Assembly (NCBI GenBank): GCA_046563655.1
Contig: CM102286.1
Location: 13,392,001-13,456,000 of the forward strand
From: Yuukianura sp. NJ FZ-2021
Lineage: Eukaryota
Reading direction: 5' to 3'
Length of the DNA: 64,000 nucleotides
Under the pieces are notes generated by a model that saw only the letters and a program-made list of their open reading frames with translations, did no database searches and was not told where the DNA came from. Below, one piece after another: positions 24,801-36,800 of the stretch. The first letter of the stretch is position 1; every line of letters begins with the position of its first letter. The position numbers were made by a program, and so were the translations under genes.

Positions 24801-27800
24801 TTTAGTTTAAAAATGTTTACTTTGAGCGGAAATCCTTTTGTCATTGCCACAGCATACGTGTCATCTCCAATCTTGTCTTGATTACTAACGTCAATTAAGT
24901 TACAATGTGAATCTGAGCCACGGTAGTAGTCCAGAAGCGGTCCATCTCCAATAAGTAGATCCAAACTATTGTTTCTGTAAAGCAAAAAGTCAAAATCAAG
25001 CAAAAAGTCAAAATCACACACAAAAAAGCAAAGAATCAACCAAGAAAAGTTAAAACAAAATTGAGTTTTCTGAGTTCCCAAAACCCCAGTGCCAATTTAC
25101 TCTAACAATTCAATCAGAAAGAAAACGAAATTAAATAAACCCAACCTCGTCAACCTAATTTAACTTAAGCCTAACAAACCTAATGTATCCTTACGTAGTA
25201 TAGCCTAACAAACCTAACATAACAGAATCCTTGCCAAGATTAACAAGAGTACTAAATTCCGCTACAGGACACTCCAGCATTCAAGTGGAACCACAGAGCG
25301 TGTCTCTTGAATAGCCTAACGTAACATAGCCTATGTTTTAGTCTTGTCCTCCTTTTAGTCTTTTTAGTCTTTCCTTTAGGCTATGAAACTGTCTTAATTC
25401 CACTTGGGAAGGCCCTGTAGTGAAAGTGTCCCATTTGATTTGATTCTTTTACTTTCTCCTTTACCTAAAAAGTCATTTGAACATGGAAGTGAAAGGAGTG
25501 AAAGTAATAACCATTTATTTTATCACCAGAAAAGATGCTTCTATGGCAAATTCTTTTTTGGCGGGAACCCCTAACAAAGTTTCGGCTTTTGTATAGTTAG
25601 TCAGAACGGAAGAGAGAAAAGAGCGTTGTAGATCACGGTCTTACAAGCCCACTTTACTTTCTCTCATGACACCGAACATGGAAGGGACGCTGAAAACCAA
25701 GGTTCCTTGACAACTGAATTGTATTTCCTACAACAGGTTGTCCTATAACTCGGAGTTCTCAAAAAATCTTGCATCAAACAACTTTCAGCACCTATAATTT
25801 TGTTTATACATTTTCCCAATTTTTTTTTCAAACTTTGAACACTTCAAATCTCATAGAAATAAAAATAAAAGTGGAAAAAAATTCAAAAAAAAATGTTATA
25901 GAAATGGAGGTAAAGTTTAACCCGTTTGGTTTTTGAAAATTTCGGGAACAAATTGAATAACCCAAGTTATTGGACAACCTGGTGTAGAAAAAACATTTTC
26001 TTTACGAACCTTGCTGTAAACGGTAGACAGGCTGAGAACCAGAAAAATTGTTGAGGTTGGAATTCCTGCGTGGTCGCTTTTTTAACTCAAACGAGTGGCA
26101 CGCGGAGGACTTTCTCTTTTTGTGCCTTGGAAATCTTATATTTCTTCATCATTTTCAGAAATTGCAGTGACTTTGAGACGCAGAGGGGCCGTAGGGAATC
26201 AAATGTTCCTAAATGGCCAAACTCCGCGTTTATGCTATGCCTTGGTCTTACTATAGACTTTACTTATCACGGAAGACAATCTCCTGGATACGAAAGCATT
26301 CCCAGGAGATCGACCTCGTCCAATTTGTAATTTAAGACAAATCTCACTCTAATGTCTCAGGAAAAAAGAACACGCACGGGGAAAGTTTTTTTTTCCGACA
26401 TTGTTTTCTCGACGGCGTTCAAAACTAAAAGAACACTCAAAGAGTTACGATCGAATCCAATTCAAACGAAATTTCTTTCTTTTTTTCTTTTGAAAAGGTT
26501 TAGTTGTGTTCGGTAATCGAATCCGTTAAACAAAATGGAGTTTATAAAGGAAAGAATGTCAACAGAAAATGAAAAACCAGAGAAATGAAGCAGAAATTCA
26601 AAAAACGTAAATCGGTTTAGAACGCTTTTGGTAAAAACGAACTTGTGGTAGGCACAGACGCAACTTCTATGCTGTCTTTTTGTTTTGAAATTTTGAGTTT
26701 TATTTTGTGCTTGTGTTATGAGCGTGCAGCGATGCATGCGTAGAATAGTATGAACTGAGGACGGCAGGATTTAGGAAAATAAAGCTGTGTGCGTCACCGT
26801 GTCATCTCGGATGTCGAATTTATTTATAGCCCATGTTTCTGTCAAATTTTGAAAAAAAAATTGCGCATGGGTCACAAAAGTTCAAAAAAGACACGAGTTT
26901 TCCTTTTCTGTTGGCATTGAAAGCTCAGTTTATGTTTTCACTTGAACGGAGAAAGTGGACTGTCACCTCTCTGTTTTTTTTTCCATTTCAAGGTTTTTGT
27001 AAGATGTTGGACCATTTTCGAAAAAAAATCGGCGCGACGGACTGGAAGAAAGCGAAACGAAAAGTTTGGAAGTTTGTGAAGCAAAAGCTGTTGCAAATGA
27101 TAATGTTCAAGTGAGAGTCATGCCTGTGGAGCCATGTGGAAAGACGAGGTCAACCTGAGGTCAAACACTTTCTTTTTCCAAGTTGACACAAAGTGCTCTA
27201 AAGGATGACTTATAACAATTGTAAAAAGAAAGGAGCGCCATTTTCATAATTCGATTGCATCCTGCGTTTACCGCCGTTTGCTTCACTTTTCAAACAACAA
27301 GTGCATAATTTTGTTCAATTTACTCAAGACTTGGTGTAGAAAAATATACTTTCCATAAGGTTAAAAGAAAGCATTCCTGAACCTCAAAATTTTCTAAAAA
27401 TGTTGTCAAATTGAAATTGGAAACTAGAAACCTTGGCATTGGAGAAAAAGTGGATAAAATTTAACACATTTGGAATTTCGTTTTAAATTTTATTTTTTCA
27501 AATTACAACCAGAAAACTGCGAAAGGTTGTTGGACGAAGCCGAAAATTTGAAATTTCAAAACAAATTTGTTCAATATTTCTGGACAAATTGAAAATTCCG
27601 TTTTCATCACTTTTTTTTTGGAGGGAAACGGAAGCTTCGTTAGTAACTTGATCAACGTAATGAAAAGAGAAGATGACTTCATCTTTTTTGGAAACTAATT
27701 TAGTGAAACTGGAACATCGACATGTTTAAAAACCTGGGCACGCGGCAAGTACAAATAGGGCAAATGGGAGGTTATAATCCTCCATGGGTTGACATTGATA

Positions 27801-30800
27801 AATTTGACAGCATCCAGCATCCAGGGAACGACGCCCCACGCCCAAAAGTCCTTACAAGTAATGGCCACTCACTTCCACTTTCTTCAAAACAAAGAGAAAT
27901 ACTTCCACAAACTCAGCAGCATCACTTTTTGCTAACATTTTTCAAAAACAAATCAAAGTTTTGAAAACTTTGGTTCAGGAAAGATTTCCAGAGCTTTAGA
28001 AACTTCTGCCAAAGATTTTTAACAAATTTTCGAAAAAAAAAATGCAGCTTACCTTAACATATTGACGCCTTCTTCAAATCCATGGACTGAAAATTTTTGA
28101 ATATGTTCCCACAGAGGTTGATTTTCACGCTTGATGTAAAAGTTAGTCGCTGAATTTCTAACTGCTGCTACACGTTGTGTTAATAACTGTCAATGGCAAA
28201 AAGTTTTTCAAAAATTTGAATTTCAGTCAATTTTTGAAAAATTTTTTTTCTAGAAAACTTACGCCACGATCATCTAAGTCTATTCGACGATAAAATTTGC
28301 CGGCAAAGAGAGCAGCAATGTTAGCCGTATAAGAAGCCACGAAGATAACCGAGAATCCGCCCCAAACATTAATCAAAAATTTGTTCGGCCAGGATTTAGG
28401 AGCCTAAAAAATTTACAAAATTTTTGAAATTTCGAAACAGAACTTGTAAATTATGCACTCTGGCTGTGGCGGGAAAGAATTTTTAATTGACAGGAAGATC
28501 TCCGGTCTTTCTCTTATTCAGAATTAATCTGGTTCTAGTTTAGCTTCGTTTTCTCCAACCAATTAGAAAGGCAAAGCAGAAAATGGTTTTGGCGGGAGTG
28601 AAAACTAAGACAAGCAAGATTTAAAATCTGAGCTGCCAAAATTGAATAAATTTTGGAAAAACTTTTGTTCTGGCGGTAAATTCTCTTTTCTCTTTCTCTT
28701 TCGAGTGTTTAAAAGTAATGCCTTCAAAATTGTTTAAACTGCCGCCAAAATTGAGTTACTCTCCTCCTTTGTCAAATAAATAATTCATTTCTTCACCGCA
28801 AGGGAGAAAGTGGGATGAGAGGAAGAAAGTGGTTGGAGGATTTTCACCTTCACAAATTCCAAGAAAGTGAAAGTTCACTTCGGTTTGTGAACTTTTCACG
28901 TCGGTTTGTGAACTTTTCACATTGGTTTGTGACCGTCGTCGTGAAAAATCTGAGGCTTACCTTAAAGGCAACGAGATGAGAAAACAATCTTCCCCAGACG
29001 ACCCAGAGGGCAGAGGCAATACTAAAATTTTTCGTGCGTTGTCGTCCCCAAGGATTGAGACCAAAGGGACTCAGCCATTCAAACAGCGCCACAGCTAACG
29101 CTGTCATGTTCAACCTAATTAAAAAAAAGTCAGAGGTCAAAGGTCACACCTTGTAAGTCCACCGCTGCCGGGAATCGATCACCCTCCCAAAACTTTTCTG
29201 CTTCATTTCGATGATAAACTCCCGTCACCTTGAATTTTTTTCAGTTTCTGCATGAGCTTCGAAAAAGAAATTCAGTGGACTTCAGCATGTCGGAAGAAGT
29301 TTGTTGTTTGAATCTGGCGCGTATTCTGCACATGCGCCTCTGTACCTCGCGCTTAAGTCGCGCTCCACTGAAACTCCAATTTCATTAAGATGCATTGGGA
29401 CAGAAGATGTGCTGAGGCGTGTTCCGCCCCGCTCTGGTCCGTTCTGCACTTGACTCTTAAAATGGGTTCATAATTTATTTGCCAAAGGAAAGCAGTTTGG
29501 CAGAGACAACTTTACTAGTAAAGACGTTGTGTTTAGCGGAGAAAGTTTTGGGCTAAGTTAGATTTCCAGAAGGAAAGCGGCGGGAGTCAAATGGAATTTG
29601 AAGCTTTTAGAGCTATGATGTTATTTATGTAGATTTTAGAGAGTGAAAGTACGAGCGCGGTTTGTGTCCAAACAATAAACTGCACTTGAGATGTTTTGTT
29701 TTGGGGAATTTGATCTGTCAACCCGGCTCTCACTGAGTTACCGCAAAAATTCTCTATTTAGTACCAGGCTCGTAAAAAGTTTCAGCAAACGGGACAAGAT
29801 TTTTGAAAACAAAATTTTTATGACCTAACTTTTTAGCAAGCTTTAAAATGAAGGAGAGTTAATACAAAATTTTTTTTACAAAGTTCATGTCAAAAACCCG
29901 TAAAAAATTTTAAAAAAAAATTTTTTTTCAGGTTTAACGCTCATGCTGCAGTGCGGGACGGCCTTAACATTTTTGCAATTTTGAAAAGCTAAAAAATCAC
30001 AGTGTGCCAACAATTTAGTAAAAATTGGAAAATTTAACAATTTGTGAACCACTTGGACTTGTCTATTTCAAGAATTTTAAAATTTTTCAACAAATCGTCT
30101 GAAAATCAGTTTTGAACTAACCAAATTTTTCATCACAATTTTTTTATGAAACGAATTGCGAAAAGATTGTTGGAAAGTTGATTGGACTCGATGTGGTGTC
30201 TATATGAGAACTTGTGCTGTAACTCACTTATGGCAGTACACATCCCCAACTCTGGAGGGAACTTTTGAAACAAGTCTGAGCACTACATTCATTAAGGAAC
30301 TGCCAACTTTTGGCTCTGTTCGGGTAATGAAGGAGCTCAGCAAGGGCTCTCCTACTTTTCGCACTTAACATCCGAGGCTTCTGCTGGTTCTGGAAGATTT
30401 GGAGCATTAGGCGGGAGAAAGTTATGCTATGTGAGGTTGTGTCTACTTACGTCAGAAAGATCGCAGCCCATAACTCAAAGGAGAAGGGAGCCAAGAAGGC
30501 CATGAGTGGGACGTCCTGTACTTTCGACATCCCCAGAAACCCCACGGCAGAGAAGAAGAACGGCGTGGAAAAGTCCACGGCGATGGAGCGGACAGAGGTC
30601 ACGGAAAATGGGGCAAAACTCATGTGGGCAGATCCAGTGACCAACACCTCCATCAGCCCATTCCACGAACCATCACTCTGCAATTAATCACAAACCAAAA
30701 TTACAACACTTTTTATCACGTACAAAACACCACCAGTGTCACGCGTCACGGATTTAGTACGTAGGCACTGCATACTACGTCAGCATGAGAGAGGGTGACT

Positions 30801-33800
30801 TCGGGGTGCGAAATGCAAAAAAAAATTCTAAAAAGGAAATTTTCAATGGTTTTTTTTTTGGAGACTCATATCTACAACATTCTGAAGAAGACTATTCATA
30901 CGATTTTGTTCGTCTGTCTGTCTGCAACATTTTTTTTTAAATTTTAGAGTTAAGATTAATTTTTTGGCTTCAAAAAAAGAAATTTCGGAAAAAAGCTGGA
31001 GAAAATGGGTAACTCGTGTTGATTTTGGCAAAAAAAAATTTTTTTTTTCACAGAGAAAAACTTTAGCTTTTTTCTCTCCTGTTTTGGTGCAATTTGAGAT
31101 TCGGTGGAAAAAGTTTTGTCCCGCAGGAGAAGAAAGCATGCAGGACGCATATTATTTTTCTTTTTGAAATTTCCGTCAAATCAGGTTTAGTTTTTTGTTT
31201 GTTTCTTGTTGTCTTTTTCGCGCTGTGCTCGCGACTGTAACTAATGTACAGCCTTGTCCAAAATGATTATTTCTCTGTCACTTATTTCAAGACAATGAAC
31301 CGTTAATAACAAGTCGTCTGTAGCAGTTCGCTCTAATTCTAAAATCTAGTCAGTAGATTTCCGATTTGAAAGCTTCTTTTCACCAATTAAAAGACGAAAA
31401 TCCTTAATCACGGATAGTTGGATTCCGCTAGATGAAACTGTAGAATCGTATCTCATTCAAATGTTTCCGCGTGAAGCTGAGAACAGAAATTCAATTCAAA
31501 TGTTTCCGCTCTTTCTTCCTGGAGAAATGGGAAGTGCGCAGACACATTTTAATTACAGTTTCGTATCTTGCAATCTTCACCTTCCAGCAAAGGAAAATGA
31601 AAAGTTAGGAGAAAGCCTCCGGTGAAAGCAACTTTCTTCGTCGACATAAATCTTCTCCCTCCTTTACGACTTGCACAACTTCCTAATTGGGAAGTAAAAA
31701 TTTAGCTAGGTCAAAGATCATTAATCATTGCCAAAAATTCAAAGTTGGCACATTTTTCAAAAGTTCAAACATAAATGCGGGAGGGGCTCAAACCTCGGCA
31801 GGTTTTTTGGAAACCTTTCACTCACTCATAGCTAATCAACATCACAATGTAAACCTTTGATGAGGAAGACAATTGAGTACTAATTGCTCATGCAACCTTT
31901 GAAGCCATTAATTAAGTTACTTACACCAATTTTTTCATTAACTAAACTTCATTAACTTTGGATTCTGGCGCGAAGAAATACAAATTTCAAATATAAAAAA
32001 AAGTTTCATAGCGGTCGGAATTTCAGAATTTGAAAACTTTTTGTGCGTTATTCGTCGCTTCCTTTGAGGCCCTCAGATTTGCTGGAAGCGAAGCGCGGTT
32101 ATGCGGGATCTTTTGAATTTAACAAAATGAAAGGCTTACAAGATGAAATGATTGAAATTTTATGTTCCCGCTCTTTCTATTTGTCGGAGTATATGAAACT
32201 CGTGGCCTCAAAATGAAACTATTCAAAATGAAAATAGATTCAGTGCGGTTCTTCATTTTGAGAAAAACTGCTCTAAAAAGCGACAGTTTTTGATAATGTG
32301 CAAATTTGGAATGGGAGGGAGAAGCTATTCTCGTCTATGCCTTTCGCTTAATACGATCCCATTCCACTGTCATATTGACCGTTGCCATTGCACTTTAAAA
32401 ATAAATAATGGATTTTCATACGATTTGGAAATTTCAAAATTGGCGCATGTCTGCTCTAGTGCTTTCCCTTCTAACATAACCTCAAGGAAAAAAGCCAAGT
32501 AAAAGCGACGGCGTGAGAAATCAGAAGAAATCTGAGACTTGGTGAAAGTTTTCGCATCAAAATGGATTTCGGCTGACGTCTTTTCCGCTTTTAGCACATC
32601 ACGTGATTTTGCCATCATAAAACTCTCAAACTTCTTGAAACACGATAGTGAGCAAATTCAATCCGACTATTTTCAAAAATCCAAATTTAGAATCTAAAAA
32701 CTAACAATTTGAGAATCATATTTCCAAAAGTCTAAAGTGAGAATCCAAAATCAGCATTTCAATATTTTCTTCCATCTTTTTATCTAGTGTTATTTTCCCC
32801 CACTTTTGTAAATTTCAATTTTAAGAATGTGTTTTCAAAAACATTAATCTAACTTAACGTTAACTGTAAAACATCTAATCCAGACTTGGTCTTAAATTAC
32901 AAATGACAAGTTGGCTCAAAACTGATGATCTGCCTAATCCTAACCGCGACTTTTTGACTCATCAGCAAAGTTTTTCAGGCGAGGTCAAATCGATGCGAAG
33001 AAACTTTCTCCAAGCTCATCATTACTCTTCATCACAATTGAAATTTTAAACGTCAGCAGACGGAACAAACAACAGTAAGAGCTCACATACCATAGTGTGC
33101 CCTCTGAGACTTATGTCTGGTCTTCCCATAAACTAGAAAGTAACAATTTTGACCAATTTGAGTGTGTTTTCTTTCCGCCAAGCTCAAAATTGGACCACGA
33201 TTCCACTGCAAGTCAGAAGCTCAATGTCTTGAAAAGGAAATGATGAAGAAGAGGTCGCTTGGTGCCTAAGACCGCTTTTCCTTTGAAAGTAGAAGCGGAT
33301 GGACCACACAATGCCTTTGGGGAATTGTTTACGCGCTTGTTTTTGAACGACCTAACCTAAATTCTTTTTATGAGGAGACAAAGAGAGAGGAGGCGGTTGG
33401 AAACGTTACTTTCACCACATTTCCCTTGACTCTGGACGTTCATTTTGTGGCTGGAGAAAGTGGACCATGCTGGAATGGCGGAAAACAACGTCATTCCTTT
33501 CCTTGTTAAAGGAACGCAGAAGGTCATTTCATTATAAAAGTAGTTTTTCAAAACCTACCCTTAGCCTAACTAAATTTAAACTTAGGTTATGGAGTTCTTC
33601 TTACCAAACGTGTTCCAAAGTATCCATCTGGAACGAGGAACAAGTCAATTTCAAATTTGAGTTCCCGACTGATACTAGTGAGCAAATCCATGGCAAGTCC
33701 ATCACAACAGGCCAATTTGTACAGATTTCCGTCTATGTTTCCTTGGTCAAATTCGGCAAATATTATTGCCAATTCATCCTGTTCAACAAAAAAATCGATC

Positions 33801-36800
33801 ACCGTTGAAAATAATCGAGAATCGATTACTCAGAACATGCAATAACGACAAGTTTTCTCGCAAAATACACAACTGCTTGTTCTTACTGAGAAAGTTAAAG
33901 AACTTTCACCAGTCGACTTTCAATTTTAAAAAAATGGTTTTCCAATTTTCAATCTTTCTAATTATAAAAATTTAATGTTTTTCATTTTTTGAAAAGTGAC
34001 GCTTCTCTATAGTTTTTTTAAAACTTTTTTTAGAAGCTTTTATGTAAAAGGGCCAAGTAAAGTTGAAAATGGAGAGGAAAATTTTTTCTTGAAAGAGAAA
34101 ACTAAAGTTTTCTTGCAAGAATTTTTTGTGTTTGTTAAAAAAAGTTTAACGGCGTCCAAGAATGTTTTTGGCAGTGTAGAGCGTCAGCGTATTTTGGAAT
34201 TGTTCGTATACTTGGCCTAAGTAGTAGCTGTTTGGAGATTTATGTGACCACACATGCCTTTGTTCACAAACTTACTTTATTGGTAGTGTTGACCTTGAGA
34301 CAGGGTAATCCGATTACGCAAGTCCTGTTATCCTCTGCATCAGCATCCATGACAAATGGAGGAGCTGTAATTGTCACTACACGATACGACTTCAAGTGTC
34401 GATCTCCAGAACCAAAGATTTGACCTCCTGGCCAACGAATAGTAGACACATGAGCGTCATCATGTGACGCATTCCCCACACGACGCCATTCCCGCTTCGA
34501 CTCCCCGCCAACTCCGGACTCAATTTCAACGAGATTCAAAATTTCAAAAGTATCGATATCTTCTAGTGCTCGATGCTTTCCTCGCGTATCACCCAGTGTC
34601 ACTTCCTCCATCTGATTTCGAATTTCTCTAAAAATTACAACAAAAGTTCAACAATTTTAAACGTAAGAACGTGGTTCTTTGTACATTTTTTTGTGAAAAG
34701 TGTTTAAGGAATTTAGCATGAGAGAAAGCTGACTTTCACTTTAAGCTTTCCCGCTGTTACACGTCGAACCGACTTTTGTGACAACACATTTTTCTGTTAA
34801 AAATTTTTTCTCACATTAAAAAATTTGAAAAAAAATGGAAAGTTTTTCACAGGAATCTTTTGTGTGCCACTCAAAGTCAATTTTTGAATCTCCTTGTTTG
34901 CTTTTCAACTTTTTTCAATTTTCTGTTCAATTTTTTGAAAACCAAATTATTTTCAAATATTTTTTCAGATTTTTCCAATTTTGGAAAAACGCGTGCCCAC
35001 TAACGAAGCGTCGTCTAGGAAAACGTTAATTTTATGCTTAGCAATGCAGATAGTTACTCTTACCACTTCCTATTTTCACTAGAGGCTGTTTGGCAGTTAA
35101 GCGTAAGTTATGTTGTTCTGGCGTTAGGCTAAGGTTAGGTTAGTGAAATACTAGGTTACAACCGGGAGTTAGGCTACCCTTGAGCACAGAAGTACAAGTG
35201 TGAAAGGTTAACCTAATTTAAGATGTTCTTTGAGAAAAAGTTTTGAGTTCCAGCGCCTATCTCTAGGCATTTCTAACATTTTTTTACTTTCTCTTCCATT
35301 CACCAACGTCTCAGCGGGAGTCACAGAGAAAATGGAGATCCGCATTTACAAAATAACGCAAACAGCCCCACTCCATTCTTGGAACAAAACTTATGCGCAT
35401 GCGTGTCTCCATTTTTTTTTGTCGCAAGTGCTCCACGGCTTTTGATGTGACCTGAGAGTCTAACGGGAGAAAATAATGACAAACCGTGTTGGGAGAACTG
35501 GTTCAGCATCACAAAAATTTTATTTTAAATAAATGTGCTTTCAAAATGAATCTGCTAATTGTGTTTGGTGGGAAGCATAAGAAAAGAAACATTTTGCTGC
35601 TAAAGGTTTAGGCTGGTACTTATATTGCCATTTGCCATAAATAATTTTTGTTCGAAAATTGTTTCTAAAAACTACAAATCATTAAACCAACAACCACGTA
35701 CACTTGGAATCTTAAGCGGCTCCTTTTTCACCTAAAAACACTTTGAAAAAATTTAGCCTCGGGATATTTCGGAGTCATTTTAGTCTTGTTAAGACTTCAC
35801 GAAGATTTCAAAAAACAAAGTCAAAGCAGTGGAGAGGTTGACAAAAATCTAAAAGAAAAGGCTCTTGCACATTATGAAGGTAAGTTACTAAAATATTGAT
35901 ATAATTATCTTACCTTTCCTGAATATTAAAAAAATGGGTCTAAAGTTCTGTTTTGCACTTTAATTTAAACTTAAGGACAGAAGTCTTAGAACTTCAAAAA
36001 AAGATAATTTTCTCAGAACTTAGCTAGAAAATTATCCGCGTGTCTTTTGATAATTTCCTTTTTTTTTTTAGAAAAACAGTCTGAGTAATGTGACATTTGC
36101 TTATTTGTTCATTTTTTGTAGTTTTTGTGGGAAAACGGGGAGCCAGAGATTGCTTATTGGTTTTTGGGGTCAGCCATTGAAAAAGCCAAGCAAGTTGAGC
36201 GTGATCGCATAGATCGTTTAACAAAGGCAACGATATATGTCAGGATCGCTAAAGACGAAGAAAAAGGAAGCGCAATACAACGTCGAAATGAGGCATTTTC
36301 ACAATTTTGCAACGTAATCTACGATATCATGGATCTGAAGGCAACGATGGACTTTTTAGAAGATATAGTTGGCACACAAAATTAAATTATTTATCCAAAA
36401 ATAATTATTGGAGAACTGGTTCATCATCACAAACAGAAATTCTATTTTAACAAAATATGCCTTCCCCATGAATTTGCTGTCTGTTGGGAAGCATTAGAAA
36501 AGAAACGTTTTGCTGGGAAAGGTTAAGGCTGACACCTTTTATATTGCCAAAAATAGTTTGTGTTCGAAAATTGTTTCTGAAAACTACAAACCAACAACCA
36601 CGCACTCTTGGAATCTTAAGCGGATCCTTTTTTTACTCAAAAACACTTTGAAAAAGTTAGCCTCAGGATATTTCGGAGTCATTTACTATTGCTAAGACTT
36701 CACGTCAAGTTTTCAGAAAACAGTCAAAGCAGTGAAGAATTTAAAGAAATTTGTAAAGAAAAGAAGCTTGCAGATAATGAGGGTAAAGTTACACTAAAAT

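Noticed and set aside
28485..28520. Possible editing-complementary sequence for the M2 exon (ggaagat...tttctc)
   Set aside because: Only 6-7-nt patches of complementarity, too weak to support a duplex.
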